DNA from: Eledone cirrhosa
Lineage: Eukaryota
Reading direction: 5' to 3'
Assembly (NCBI GenBank): GCA_964016885.1
Contig: OZ024741.1
Span: forward strand, 317,936,001 to 318,000,000
Length of the DNA stretch: 64,000 bases
Shown here piece after piece: positions 38,425 through 51,790 of this stretch (the stretch's first letter is position 1; each line of letters starts with the position of its first letter). The position numbers and the translations under genes are program-made. Below the pieces are notes generated by a model. It saw only the letters and a list, made by a program, of their open reading frames with translations. It was not told the DNA's origin and searched no databases.

Positions 38425-40039
38425 GTAAGTCATTTTTATAATCGAAATAAATAATTATGAAATCTTTAATAAAATAAATCGATGGAAACGGAAATATAAC
38501 CGGTAGCAACGACTCCTACACATTAAAATAGATGCCATTTGTCTACTGGGTGGTTCATAATTCGTGTTATTCCTCTTGTATTAAGATCTATTTCATTTGA
38601 CTATAACGAAGCAAATTTGGTTCATTAAAATATTTTAAAAAGTATTTTTGCGCACAATAGTTTCCGAAATATCCATTTACACTATTATTATATTTATGAA
38701 TTTTAGCATTCCTGATTGTTTGTTGATCAATATACTATATATCTATCTTTATATCGTTAATTTTTACCTACAACCCATTAGATCTTTGCCAATAGATAAG
38801 TGACGGTGCCTTGCTTCACTGATGGATTTTTATCTACCGGAAAACCCATTTCTAATGTTATAGATCTAATCAACAAATTCGAAATTATTGTCTTTATATT
38901 TCCATAATTGCTTTATTTCGCGTTTATTTATTTAATTTTTCATTCGGCAAATATCTTATTAAACAAAAAAAATATTCCCATCTTTTTGTCCAATTATTGT
39001 AGACCCAGTTAAGAATTATATCAATAAGCATTTGATTCATTTACATAAAACGTATTTATTGTTTACCTTGTCATTTTTTCAACATAATTTTCGCTTGTCG
39101 CATTCACAGACACACTCACATCACCACACACACACATCACCCGTATTATTAGATGAAGAAACGTTAATTAATTGTGTTCCAATTAAACTTTTCCCCTGTC
39201 CATGCATGATTTCATGTATAAAAGTTTTTTCATGATTTTTGATCGCTATCAAATATTTTATCATTGTCAATTTCCAATCGTTATCAGCTCATCACTGCTG
39301 CCAAAATATAAGTCAATAGATTTTTTTTCATCGCTGCTGAAATAATTAGATAATGGTGAGATTGCACGAGTCTTTATTTTTTTTTTATTATTTATTTCCT
39401 TGCCAGACCATATGGGAATAGCAATATGTAAAGTGCACAGCTCTCTTGTCATCTTCACCTCCACCTCGTTTTATTCCCCACAATAACTTGTGTATATAAA
39501 ATATCTATATATAATAAACCTATCTTTTTACGTATAGAATATATACTCTATATCAAGCTAAATTATTCTTATAGTTTATTATTATAATATGATTAAAATA
39601 TATTGACAATATACACCTTTAAGTTGCATTTCTACTAAGCTATCATTATAGTCACATAATACATATTCACGTAACTGTTATTACAGATTTATATTTTGAT
39701 TAAGAAAGTGAAATACTTCAGGAAGAAGAAAAAAGAAAACAACAGAAATATAGTAACTATATCTGTCGATGTGCAGCGAGTAATAGAGGAATGTAAAATA
39801 TTGATATAGAAATAATGAGTTCACATCAAGCTACAAGTATTTCAATGTGTCGTTTTGTATTCTTTGGATCAGTTTAAATAGTCTTTTACTGGTTTCGTTC
39901 GAATAATTCCTGTAAATATTCAAATATACAGAATATCTAATATTTTAGATGAAAAGTAATGAAAAAATTAGTAGAATTATCTAATGTAAAATTGCATTTT
40001 GGGCGTTTTTAGTTGTTGCTCCATGGTAGAGTGGTTAGT

Positions 40040-40250
40040 TCGTCAATTTAAATGGCTCAGTATTTATTCTGGCTCCTTGCGTTCTGAGTTCAAATCCTGT
40101 AGAAGTGAACTTCGACTTTCATTCTTTCGGGGGATCATCGTTAAATAAAATACTAGTCAAAGAGCGGCGAATTGGCAGAATTGTTAAAGTATCGGACAGG
40201 GATGTTTTGTGGTATCTGATCTTGCTTTGTGCTCTCTGAGTTCAAATCCC
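40040..40250 (+). mobile_element. Two partial SINE family 1 copies
   Basis: TTCTGAGTTCAAATCC...CTTTCATTCTTTCGGGG; GCGGCGAATTGGCAGAATTGTTA...CTCTGAGTTCAAATCCCGC. Confidence 0.75.
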
Positions 40251-40934
40251 GCTTCCTGCTGCCAGGAGTTGCAACCGACAGATAATATCAGCAATGGAAA
40301 CATTGTTCCGTTGGTCCCATCTAATAATCGTTTCCTTTCATTTGTTGTTACTCCCTGAGAAAAGAATGAGCCACTTCCGATTAATAGCTAATGGTTTCTT
40401 GAAATAATTCTTTGATATCCATGAGCACAGAGAGAGAGAGATGTTTTCATAGGTAACGTCTGAATGTAATGTTTACAAACATTTTTTAACCATGGTTGTA
40501 TGGGTTAGACATGTCCTCACCTGAAAAGCCTGTTTTTGGAGGAGGTCAATTAAATCAAATATCTCATTTGTTCCTTTACTGCCACAGCCCAAGGTAAACA
40601 TGAGTTAGGTGCCCACTTTAACTGTCTGCACACTACAGTATATTCTATTGTCATCAAAGTTGGCTCTGGTCTACATCAGAGATCCATCTGACCACGAATC
40701 TGTATCTATCAAGTACTTCATTGTGCCATCATTCTATATTGCTATGAGACATGGTCAATGAGAGTAGCGCAGTGACACAAGCTGGAGGTTTTTCATCATT
40801 TTTGCCTTCTCCGAATTCTACATGTCCTCCATGTCTGACCACTGAAATTTATTTCTTGTGCTAAATTATGAAATTTGTTGTTTCTGTCAGATTGATTCCA
40901 ACCAACAACCCCTGCATAAAAGGGTCCTCTGGTC

Positions 40935-41300
40935 TATTGACAACACCCCACCACATCCCACTGTTGTCTACACATACCACCTCCCTCAATTTGTCACACA
41001 CCACACTACCTCCCACCATTGATCACACACACCACCACCTCCCTCCATTGGTCACACACCCCACCACTTCCTTACATTGGTCATACACCCCACCACCTCC
41101 CTTACATTGGTCATACACCCCCACCACCTCCCTCTATTGGTCACACACCACCATTTTCCTTCATTCATCACATACCACCACCTCCCTCCATTGGTCATAC
41201 ATCCCACCAGCTCTCTCCATTGGCCACCCCCACCCTTCTCACTATTTGCCACACACACCACCACCTCCCTTTATTGTCCACACACTCCACCACCCATTAT
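40935..41300. repeat. About 29-bp C-rich minisatellite (CCACCACCTCCCTCCATTGGTCACACAC) within an old LINE fragment (about 40510-41540)
   Basis: About 12 diverged units; flanks carry LYxxETW / LEVFHHFCL.RIL remnants. Confidence 0.85.
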
Positions 41301-41561
41301 GTGAACTCATCTATGCAATCACTTCTGAGCTTCCCCGCTTCCCATGTCTCTCAGGATGGTATAAAAGGCAACATGGACAGCTGAAAATATGCATTGACAC
41401 TATTAAGTTGGATCTTGAGCTAATACTTTGTCCTTGTATATATGTTGCCTGCCATTGATTTGCATCAGGCTGACAATATCTGTGTTTGGCATCTGTTATT
41501 GCCTTACATAGGGTGGCTTCTGTTTGTGATGCTGTAGATTCACTGGTTGTGTCTGGTTTAA

Positions 41562-41769
41562 CCCTTTAGCATTTATGTTACTCTATATATACTATTGTAT
41601 TTTCATGGTAAAGGCTTTATCTCACATAATATTGAATCTATGAGATTTTGTTGTTATTTATTTTGAGAACAATACCTTAATATCAGTATGAGTGGCAAGT
41701 TATGGTTGGTTTGAACAGAAAGTGGTGAGAGAATTCTAGCCTGATATGGCTGATTTAAATGGTGAAGGG
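41562..41769 (-). mobile_element. MITE family A
   Basis: TTAA|CCCTTTAGCATTTA...GAAGGG|TTAA. Confidence 0.85.
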
Positions 41770-42213
41770 TTAACCCAATCTATGTGTTTATTGACACCAG
41801 TACAATTACTGGAACAGTTGTGTTGGAGTGATTGGAAATGTGTCACTTGTTTCATTGGAGATTATATGTGATGCTCTTGTTTACTCTCTCCTACTTGTTC
41901 CAGTCTGCATGATGTGTTCATGGTGGGTCATAGCCATACTATACAACTTATTCTTCCATACGAAGAGGGCAGCTCTATAGTAATGGTGTTTATCTTCTCA
42001 AATAATTGCTTTTGAATCGATTCAGTTGCTTATGAAAATTAGAAATTTATATATTGTGTTCTGTGGTCTGTCTTGTCTTCTCAATAGAGTGCAGGAACTC
42101 TTGGTGGGGTCTGTACCTTTCACTTGAGTATTGATTTGGTCTGGTGATGAGTCATCCAACCATTGTTAGCAGGGAAAGCAGATGTTAAATAATGAAGAGG
42201 AGGAGGATAAAAG

Positions 42214-42438
42214 TGGTGGATTGGCAGAATCAGTAGAGTGTCGGACAAAATGCTTTGCGATATTTGTTCTAGCTCTTTACATTCTGAGTTTAAATCCTGC
42301 CGAGGTCAACTTTGCCTTTCATCTTTATCGGGTTGATAAAATAGATTACCAGTAATGCACTGGGGTTGATTTAATTGACTTTCCCCTCCCCCAAAACTGT
42401 TGGGCTTGTGCCTAAATCAGAAACCATTATTATTATTA
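42214..42438 (+). mobile_element. Full-length SINE family 1 with (ATT)n tail
   Basis: A-box-like TGGCAGAATCAG, B-box-like GAGTTTAAATCC, body, CTTGTGCCTAAA...CCATTATTATT. Confidence 0.85.
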
Positions 42439-42479
42439 TTGTCTTTGCTTTGCTACACATGTATGAGTCAGCTCCAGTA

Positions 42480-45400
42480 TGTTTGTTATTTTTCACTTGT
42501 TTTAAGAACTTTTTATTGTCTAATTTTTGTTACAAACTGTGAATAGTGCCTTCTCCTCAAGTAAAGCAATGCCATAGTATTTGTAATTTTAATCACAAAT
42601 TATGCCCAGAAAATGTTAAAACATAAATGGATGTTACATCTCCTCCACATCAAGCCAGAGCAGCAAAGGAATTTTGCACCAGAAAAACATGTGTCTCGAT
42701 GTTTCGGACACATGCCTAAAGATTGATAATAACCACATAACCATCAAAGCCACTATCACCATTACCAACAACAACAACAACAGTAACAATGACAAACATA
42801 AAAATGAGAAAGCAGCTAGCCAACCAACAAGCCTGTTAAGCGCTGGGTTGGCCAGCCAGCCAGCCATTCAACTAGTGAATGACACAGATTTAAAGAAAAT
42901 GGAAGATGTCAGCAACATGAAAAGCACTTGTTCACAGCCAGCCACATCCTTCTCAGTGGTGGCCAAATATGTAGAGAAATTAATCATTAAACAGGAAGAA
43001 TTAATGGAGGCAAAGAAAATGATAGAAAAGCAGGGTCACAGGGTGAGCCTCAAACCATCATCCAATGTGATTGAAAACCAGCTTCGTTGTATGGTAATGT
43101 ACTATACAATTGGAGCTAAATCATGTTAGGTTGTGTGGGCCACTGAAACCCAAATCTAAAAAGCCTTGGGTGGTGTGAAGGCAAACGATTTGGGTCGGTG
43201 GATGTTTTATTTGCCAACCCCAGGATGCAATGAATTTACTCTCATGCTGTCATACAGCAGTCAGGGATTGGTGAAGGGGAAGGGGACACAGGTGCTACCT
43301 TCAATAGCCATTCTTTAGCTAATCACATCTGTCCTCACAGGCATCAAAAACAAAATGTGCATTCTAGAAGTCTACTGAATAAAAATAAGAAACTGGTCTA
43401 GATTGGGAATGGAACTACGTATTCAAATGGACCATGACTACATCAAGGCCTTTGCTGATATAGTAAATCTCGTGGATAGCACCCACCTTCCCAAAACCAT
43501 GAAGACAGAAAGCCAAAATGCAATATTTGCAAACCACGAGGAAGGAAATGCCCACAGCAAACCACGAGGAAGGAAAGAGCCGTACTTTTTCCAACACCAA
43601 ATCCTCCTACTGTAAACCACACAAGCAGTAATATCAACAACAATGGCATAGAGAATGCCATCAGCACTACAAAGGCCAAAACAACAGCAACATCACTATC
43701 AGTGTCAACAACAACAACATCAACACAAGAGGAGGACAAACCCCCTCCTTGATTTGACATGGATTGTGGCAAGGGGAAAGAAAAGAAAAGACAGTTTGAC
43801 TTCACTTGCAAAGGAAGGGGACAGCAAAAAAGCAAAAACCATAAGGCACACATCAGAAACACTGAAACTTACAGAGCGATTAGAATAGAATCAATAAGGT
43901 TTAGTAAAGGAGTAGAGGGAGAGCTAGCTAGGAAAATCAACGCAACTGACATGCTTGTGATGAGATGGGCTCTCGACCAATTCTTCAACACAAAGCACGA
44001 AGGCTGCATTGCAGAGCTAGAATGCATGCTTATAGACATAAAAGAACAAAAGCCATTCAATGAATTCGAGTAGTGGAGGCACAGCTTGGCAACAAAGCCA
44101 CAATCCAGTCTTTAGTGAACCACTACAGGCACATGTTACTCAATTTCAAGCAGATGTGTGTAGCTTTTCAGCAGCACCTCGCTTGACTATTTGGGACCGC
44201 TACTGGACCAGATTGTGAGAGGGACTTTAGTGCTTACCTCAGTGGCCTGCTGTGGCTCTCGACCACAGAGGTGCAGTGTTGTGAAAAGCCGATAACATCC
44301 ACTGAAATATGAGAGGCGATAACTAACTGCACAAGGGTTAAGTCACCTGGTTTGGATAGTCTTCCCTATGAGCTTTATGCTTACATGCCAGACTTGTTTG
44401 GTGATGCTTTGGTAGACGTCTACTGTAACTGGCAGCAGAATGGGAGAATTCTCAGTTCTGTGAGCTGTGGAGCAGGGACACTGCTGAGAAAGGACCTGCA
44501 TAAAGGAGACCATATTGATAATTTTAGGCCCATAATTTTTCTAAATGCAGTTTAAAATTTTGGCAATGGGGTTGGTGCTTGTCATTGGTTGTCTGGTAGG
44601 GGAAGCGCAAACATGCAAATAAATCCATCCATGACAACCTCCACCTCATGCAATACATTATAGAGAGGATGGCTAAGGAACCTGGCATGGGTGGGGACCT
44701 GATTAATTTAGATCGGTCGAAAGCTTTTGATAGGGTTGATCATTGGTATCTGATGACAGTCTTCAAATCAGCCGTTTTCGGACCTGTTTTCAGAAGTTGG
44801 ATCATTGCAAGGCACAATGACATCTGCTCTGTGATCATTGCATCTGTCATCTACTACTGCCTGACCATTGTGCCTTGTCCTGGTCCACATCTGACTTCAC
44901 TGGAACGTTTGCTCTTTCATTTTTTGTGGCACAAACATGTGCTCTGGCTAAGATATCTCCAGCTTTTCTATGACAGTGAACTAGTGAGGTGGCTGTCTAC
45001 CAGACTCATGTTTCCATAGCTCATCTCATTGAAGGAAATACAGTCATGGGTCAAATGAAGACCGAGAGGGAGCACTTGAAAATTGGAATGTCTTTAAGCA
45101 CACACAGCCTTCAGCTAATCGGGCTGTACGACCAGGGTGTTCTCTAGTGGGTTAGTGGCAGGTAAAAATGATGATGTTCTTGGAGAGATTCTGGGTGTCG
45201 ATGAAATTCAAATAGCTACTGTTTTTTCAGAGGACTTTTTGTCCAGGGTCCATGGATAACTTCCAGAAATCCCTGGCCTGGCAGTGCTACTGGGAGCATT
45301 GCCTGTTTGAGATAAGCTCTATTAGCATGGAAGTGCTGTCAACCAGACTTGTCTGAGATGTGCGCAGGGCAAAGAAACCATCCTACACGCACTTGTTAAG

Positions 45401-45750
45401 TGTCCAAGTATTGCTGACTTGTGGGTTTATGTCGAACACCTGCTGTCACATGTAGGACAAATCCAGCTATTGACTGAGTCCATTGTGAAGATTTCCCTGC
45501 CACCTTTTAGCCAGGAAGGACAGGCAGTTTTTATTTGCCTGGTGGCCATAGCAAAAGAGGTTTTATGGTGGACATGTCTGAAAGTGTTGAAGACAACCAC
45601 TTTCATCTTTGACAAAGCCCTGATTAACTGTTTCAGGTTTCATTTGAAGAAGAAAATCAGGTTGGAGAGAGAAGTGCTACCTTCCAACCCGTTTGTTGAA
45701 CGGTGGGTAAGAATGGCGAGCATGGCTTGAGTGAATGGGTTGTATGCCCA
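42480..45750 (+). pseudogene. Degenerate, internally deleted Tx1/L1-clade LINE (ORF1 + ORF2 remnants)
   Basis: KSPGLDSLPYELY; LLRKD..KGDHIDNFRPIIFLN; LINLDRSKAFDRVDH; C-terminal CxxC...ET..HAL..C knuckle followed by WVYV. Confidence 0.85.
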
Positions 45751-45969
45751 TTTTTCCATACTGGCTTGGGTTGGGAGAGCATTTTTCAGTTATAATTCTA
45801 CAGCTAGATAATCTTCCTCTTGTCTATGCCAACCTTCATTTTTGTTTCTTTAAGTAAAGTATGGATCTTTGCAGCAAGATCTCTGTTGATGTGGAACTTT
45901 ATCCAAATATCACCACCTCGGAGGTTGAATTGTGAAGAAAGAGATAGATAAACACACACATACATATAA

Positions 45970-46133
45970 GACAGGCTTTCTCTCAGTTTCTGTCTACCAA
46001 ATTCACTCAAAAGGCATTGATTGCTGCTGGGGCTAAAATAGAAAAATACTTACCCATGGTATCACACAGTTTAATTGAACCCCCAAACTGTGTGGTTGTA
46101 AATCAAGCTTCTTAACAACACAGCTTTGCCTAC
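45970..46133 (-). mobile_element. tRNA-derived SINE family 2
   Basis: Minus strand GCTGTGTTGTTAAGAAGCTT...CAACCACA...GGTTCAA...GAGTGAATTTGGTAGACAGAAACTGA. Confidence 0.75.
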
Positions 46134-46202
46134 ACCTTCATTGGAAATATTTTTATTTGAACTATATAAGATAACCCTTTTTATCACTAATTTAGATCTA
46201 GT

Positions 46203-46458
46203 GAAGGTGTATGGCTTAATAGTTAAGGTGCTCAGGTCATGAGTTCGACCTGGACTGGGTGATGCGTCAATCCACTCAGCTGGCAAATATAAGTTGTGTC
46301 TGTAATTCAAATGATTGGCTTTGTCACATTGTATCACACTGAATCTATCTGAGCAATACATTAATGATGCACTTGTATGTGGAATGCTCAGCCAATTGCA
46401 CGTTAATCTCACAAGCAGGCTGTTTCATTATTCAAACAACTGGAACACCCATCATCAG
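46203..46458 (+). mobile_element. tRNA-derived SINE family 3
   Basis: A box TGGCTTAATAGTTAAGG, B box GAGTTCGACC, followed by a non-tRNA body. Confidence 0.65.
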
Positions 46459-47496
46459 AACAACATCTATAAGACTATAACTGAATGTTTGGTTAATTTA
46501 TAAAGCATTGGGAAATTTTTAATTTGATAAAATGTTTGGTTTTGGGGGAAGCTGTCACAATGTAGATAACTACAGATAATAGAACAAATACCGGGGATTG
46601 TCTGGCCGCTTCCTCTTCGCACTGGTCACCATTGAGACCTCACGCGTACTTGGACCCTGTACTGCTGAGCTCCTCTACTAGATCGGAACATCGGTGGTCT
46701 GTCTGAGGAAGGAGCCCCACGAGGTGAGGTGGCTGTTACAGTGAGTGTCGCTGGCCATTGTCTGTAGGGTGCAGCCCCATTACCGCTGTGCCATAGGCCC
46801 AGAGCCAAATCACCTTCACCTTCCGCCTCCCCATCCTTCTAGAGCCCCTGTCTTTCCCATTTTACATTCCATCATTTCTTCTCAATCAAAATTCTTTTTT
46901 CTTTTTCTATTAAATTGTATTTACATGACATTAATTCAATTGTAAATAAATAAAATAGTTGAATAAGTTGGATTATTTACTCCTGGAAATGGGAAAAAGT
47001 GGACAGAAATGTCATTTTTTTCTATCTCCAGTAGTATTTTACCAAATTTATTCAACTATTTATAGTTATCTCTATTCTAGCTGCTTTTCAAAAGCATATT
47101 TCTAAATAACTCATTAGAATTTTCCTACCGGCTGGCTTTGCCCATAATATCTGTCCAATGATTCTTTCCTTAGACATTCTAATCATGTCTGTAGTACCAA
47201 AACTGTGATCTCGATGAGAATTCAAGGCTCTATTGAGTAACATTACTCCAAAGACCTTTTAGAAGAAATCCATTTCAGTCACTTTTGTTGATTGGCATTA
47301 GCTGCCAATATTTGATTGTTGAGACATTTCGCTACCATTTCTAGCATAACACCTATTTTTTCTCATCAGGAGAATTATTATAAGTTTGAAGTTTATCAGT
47401 TTCAATGTAATTCAGCTATGGTTTCTTACTTTTCTATTTTAAAACCCTTTTGTTATCACATTCCTAATAAAATCTAATTAAATACACTGCTTTTTG

Positions 47497-47935
47497 TCAT
47501 CATCACTGTTTTATGTCTGTTTTCCATGCTGGCATGGGTTGGATATGTCATCACATTCTATGTCTAGACAAGTCAGATGACCATGTCATGCTCATATGTG
47601 GTTTCTAATACTGGATGACCTTGCCAATGTCAGCAACTTTACAGAGTGTATCGGGTGCCTTTTATCCTGTGACCAGCACTACCACTTTACAGAGTGTATT
47701 TGTTACCTTTTATCATGTGACTAGCACTACCACTTTATAGCATAGACATGTTACCTTTTATTGTGTGATTAGCACTTCTACTTTATAATGTGTACTGGGT
47801 GCATTTTATTGTGACTCCAACATTACCACTTTACAGAATGTACTGGGTACATTTTATTATTACACCAGTACTACTATTTTACAGAGAGTACTGGATACAT
47901 TTTATTGAGACATCTGCACTACCACTTTACAGTGT
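47497..47935 (-). repeat. RTE 3' UTR remnant expanded into an about 48-bp tandem array
   Basis: CATCATCA...TTCCATGCTGGCATGGGTTGGA tail followed by about 6-7 units CCACTTTACAGAGTGTACTGGGTGCATTTTAT... Confidence 0.8.
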
Positions 47936-48283
47936 TTTAATTAATTTTCAAAATAATCAAAAATTTGAATTTCTTTTTTTTTTATTGCTTATCTCTTCAC
48001 AAACCCTTGGGGTGTTACAGAAAAAAGAGACATCATTATTCTACCATTTGTGTAATGCCATGTGATATCAGAGCTTCCTTAGCACCATCAATCCATGTCT
48101 TCCTCGGCTGGCCTCTGGTCTTGTCATATACCTTTCTAGTTATACACACAATTTGATGGTTGGAAGGTTGATAAGTTGACATTCTCATAATGTGTCTGAG
48201 TCATCATATTCTCTGTTATATATAATAATAGATTGATATTGTCTTTAGTAAAATAGATTTCTCATTATTATGCTGGTGTTGAA

Positions 48284-48504
48284 CTCTTTAGCATTTACAT
48301 TACTCTATATATACTATTGTATTTTCATGGTAAAGGCTTTACCTTACATAATTAGCTCACATAATATCAAATCTAAGAGATTTTGATATTATTTATTTTG
48401 AGAACAATACCTTAACATCAGTATGAGTGGCCGGTTACAGCCATTTTGAACAGAAAGAGGTGAGAAAATTCTGGCTGGATACGGCCAGTTTAAATGCTAA
48501 AAGG
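48284..48504 (-). mobile_element. MITE family A
   Basis: CTCTTTAGCATTTAC...TAAATGCTAAAAGG. Confidence 0.85.
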
Positions 48505-48519
48505 TTGAAACATTATTGG

Positions 48520-48780
48520 TACAAAAATTCTTACATAAAATTATGATGGAAGGTTTTAATATAAATATAAACATTTTTACCCTTTCATTACCATATTTCT
48601 AATGAAAGACACTGCCTATGGTTTTCAAACAATTTTGAAAATAACCAAGAATTTGAAGGGATTTGTTTGGAACATAATTTAACAAAGGTTCTTATATGAA
48701 ATTATAATGGAAGGGTTTTAGATAAATATAAACATTTTAAAACAATTTTTTATCATAGAACTAGGGGTAGTTTCCAAAAG
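48520..48780 (-). mobile_element. MITE family B (tandem partial units)
   Basis: CCCTTTCATTACCATATTTCTAATGAAAGACACTGCC...ATCATAGAACTAGGGGTAGTTTC. Confidence 0.75.
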
Positions 48781-48914
48781 TTTATTTTTTTTCATTACTA
48801 CATTACTGCCTGTGATTTGAAGAATTTTGAGGGATTTACTAAAATGATCAATTATTTCATTACAAAGGCAGTATGGTTCTTATATAAAATTATTGATTCT
48901 GACCTGCATATGAG

Positions 48915-49520
48915 TGGATTTACACTGAAACAGGTGAAGTTCAAGTATTTCAGAGCCGTTTTCATGAGTGATGGAGAGCAGTAGACTGAATTAAATGCAA
49001 GAATTGCTACAGCTGGTGCAATGATGTGCTAGCTTCAGCATTCGGTTATCAGAAGAAGGGACGTAGGTGTAAAACCCAAACTCGCTATCTTTAATTCAGT
49101 GTTTGTGCATCCCCTTGAATCTTAGGTAATGATAAAAAGAATATGATCGCAAATACAAGTGGCCGAAATTGGGTTCTTCTGAAGGGTCTTTGGAGTAATT
49201 TTACTCGATAGGGTGCATAGCTTGGAGATCAGGGAGTTGCTCCATGTAGAGCCTCAACTTCTCTGTATTGATAGATCACAGCTCTGGTACTACATATGTG
49301 GTTAGAATGTCTAAGGAGAGAATCACTGGACAGATTTTATGGGCAAAGCTAACTGGTAGGAGATCCATGGATAAACCCTGAGCAAGATGGTTGGACAACA
49401 TCTATAAGCCCTGTTGGTCTTGCTTGGAGATTGTTGCTTCTGATAAGACCTTCTGGAAGGCGTGTCTGAGGACTCAGCTCCTATGACCCTCTCAGGAATA
49501 AGTGGGCTAAGAAGAAGAGG
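48915..49520 (+). pseudogene. Rex3/Expander-like RTE LINE C-terminal fragment
   Basis: LKQV.FKY...ELNARIATAGA...KLAIFNSVFV...QIQVAEIGF...LDRVHSLEIRELL.VEP; (AGA)n end. Confidence 0.75.
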
Positions 49521-49614
49521 TTTTAATTTAAAAAGGAACTCTTTAAAAAGATCGTTTTGTTTCATGACTCCTTATCTTTTGCTTTTTAAAAGTGATTTTA
49601 TCTTAATTTTCTAG

Positions 49615-49708
49615 GATGTGACAGAAGCAGCAGTTCTTTAGATGACAATGTGTTCTTTTATGATCCATTCCTAAATATTTACCATAACTGATGTTATTTT
49701 GATTGGAA
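49615..49708 (+). other. Putative 94-nt non-coding 5' UTR exon of ZNF-B
   Basis: Acceptor TTTTATCTTAATTTTCTAG|GAT and donor GAA|GTAAGT around unique sequence. Confidence 0.6.
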
Positions 49709-49807
49709 GTAAGTCCTTTACATTGATTCTCATTTTTAATCACAATGGCACATGCTGAATTTATCTGACTTTAACCTATTTGATTCTACACTGTTAATCT
49801 TATCTCA

Positions 49808-50076
49808 ACCCTTTTGATACCTAACTTCCTGAAACTACCCCTGGTTCTATGATACAAGACCTCTTATAACTCTTTTGGTATAGAACTGCCTGAAACTGTC
49901 TATGGCTCTATTATACAAGGTCATTTGTTTTAAAATATTTATATTTTTCTAAAAATCTTCCATCATAATTCTGTGTAAGAACATTTTTTTATGTTACAAA
50001 CATCATCCTAATAATTTTTTATTATTTTCAAAATAAATTGTAAATCATAGGCAGTAGAAATATTGTAAAGAATGGG
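49808..50076 (+). mobile_element. MITE family B with duplicated left end
   Basis: CCCTTTTGATACC...CTGAAACTACCCCTGGTTCTATGATACAA twice; ends GAATGGG|TTAA. Confidence 0.75.
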
Positions 50077-50095
50077 TTAACTGAATACAATTAGA

Positions 50096-50720
50096 CATCA
50101 TCATCATCATACGTCTGTTTTCCCTGGTAACACGGCTTGGACAGATTTTTGGTTACCAATTTGCTACTTAATCAGATCTTCTGACCTCCCAGATGGGCTG
50201 AGGACCTGCATCTCGCTAACATACATTCCTGTACTTCACAGAGTGCACTGGATGTCTTTCAGAATGGTACTAACACTAGAGAGGTTGTCACGTCTTAGAC
50301 ACAACTGAAAAGTCCTCTCTATTACAGAATGCAGCACGCACTGGGCGCATTGCATTTGACACAACTAAAGAAACCTCTCAATACTCTGTTTGGCAAGTTT
50401 TTTATGGTTGGATGCCTTTCCTGTCACCAACCACTTTACAGGGTGACCAGGTGCATTTCATCATGGCACTATCACTAGAGCAGTCGTCATGTCTTAGACA
50501 CAACTGAAAAGTTCTCTCTATTTCAGAGTGCACTGGGTGCATTTCATTATGGCACCAATACTCAGGAGGTTGCTATGTCTTTGATGCAATTGAAAAGTTC
50601 TCTCAACAATTTTGAGTAATTTTCTATGGCTATATGCCCTTCCTATCACCAACCACTTTACAGAGTGTACTGGGTATATTTTATCATGGTACCAACACTA
50701 GGGAGGTTGTCGGTCATTAA
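50096..50720 (-). repeat. RTE 3' UTR remnant with internal tandem duplications
   Basis: CATCATCATC tail; repeated CAGAGTG(C/T)ACTGG...CACTAGAG...GACACAACTGAAAAG. Confidence 0.7.
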
Positions 50721-51216
50721 CTTGTTTGAAGAGCCCTTTCTACTTTTTTTTATGGAGGTGGAAATGATAACCTGTCCCAAGTGAAACGTGCTGGAAGTGT
50801 AGGGTGTAGTAAGATGAGGGAGATGTAGAAGTTCAAATCTCACCTACTATCACTGGAAATGTGGTGACACTTCCACCAGGTGTTATGACTAAAAGATAGT
50901 ATCAGCAATGGAAAGATGAATGGAAACAGTTTCCTTTGTCCAATCTGACTATCGGCTGCTTTCTTTTCTTTTAACAAAAAGATTTTACATAAAATTATGA
51001 TTGAAGATTTTTAAATAAGATATGAACACTGTAAATTTGATAAGTTTTAAACATAGGATCTAAAGTGGTTTGAAGCAGGTTGGTATCAAAAGGATTAAAA
51101 ATGACGTTAAAATTCCCTCTAAATAATAATCTTGTTAATAATACTTATTTAAAATAAAGCCTTTACCACAAAAATACAATAATATATATAGTGTAATGTT
51201 AATGCTAAAGGGTTAA

Positions 51217-51790
51217 CCCTTTCATTACCACATTTCTAAAGAAAGACACTGCCTATGATTACTATATAATTTTTAAAATAGTCAAGAATTTGGAAGACCT
51301 TATTAGAGTGGTGTTTAGAACATAAAGTTTCTAGCATAAAATTATGATATAATCTTTTTAGATGAATATAAACATTTTAACTGTTTTATTACCATATTTC
51401 TAATGAAAGACTGCTTTATATTTTCATATAATTTTGAAAATAATCAAGAATTTGTAAGAATTTAGTAATATAAATAATTTTCTCATTATTAAGCTGGTCT
51501 TTGTAACATACATTAAATAAAATTATGATGGAAGGATTTAAAATAAATATACATATTTTTAACCCTTTTATTACCATATTTCTAATGAAAGACACTGCCT
51601 ATGATTTTAAAATAATTTTGAAAATAATCAAGAATTTGGAGGGATTTAGTAATATAACTAACTCTCATTCTTAAATTGATGTTCGGAAAAATATTTTTAT
51701 ATTAACTTATAATGTGAGGTTTTTAGACGAATGTAAACATGTTAAAATAAACAGTTTTGCATCATCGAACCTGGCATAGTTCTATGGTAT
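51217..51790 (-). mobile_element. Three tandem MITE B units joined at TTAA, abutting a partial MITE A (51137-51212)
   Basis: Units start at about 51217, 51381 and 51564 with ...ATTACCATATTTCTAATGAAAGAC. Confidence 0.8.

Noticed and set aside
40868-41458. 196-aa His/Thr/Pro-rich ORF
   Set aside because: Translation of an about 29-bp C-rich minisatellite
42674-44073. Several 70-150 aa ORFs as a possible host gene
   Set aside because: Collinear with and upstream of Tx1 RT remnants; best explained as decayed LINE ORF1/ORF2
42214-46260. tRNA-like A/B boxes
   Set aside because: They are SINE heads continuing into repeat bodies; no complete cloverleaf
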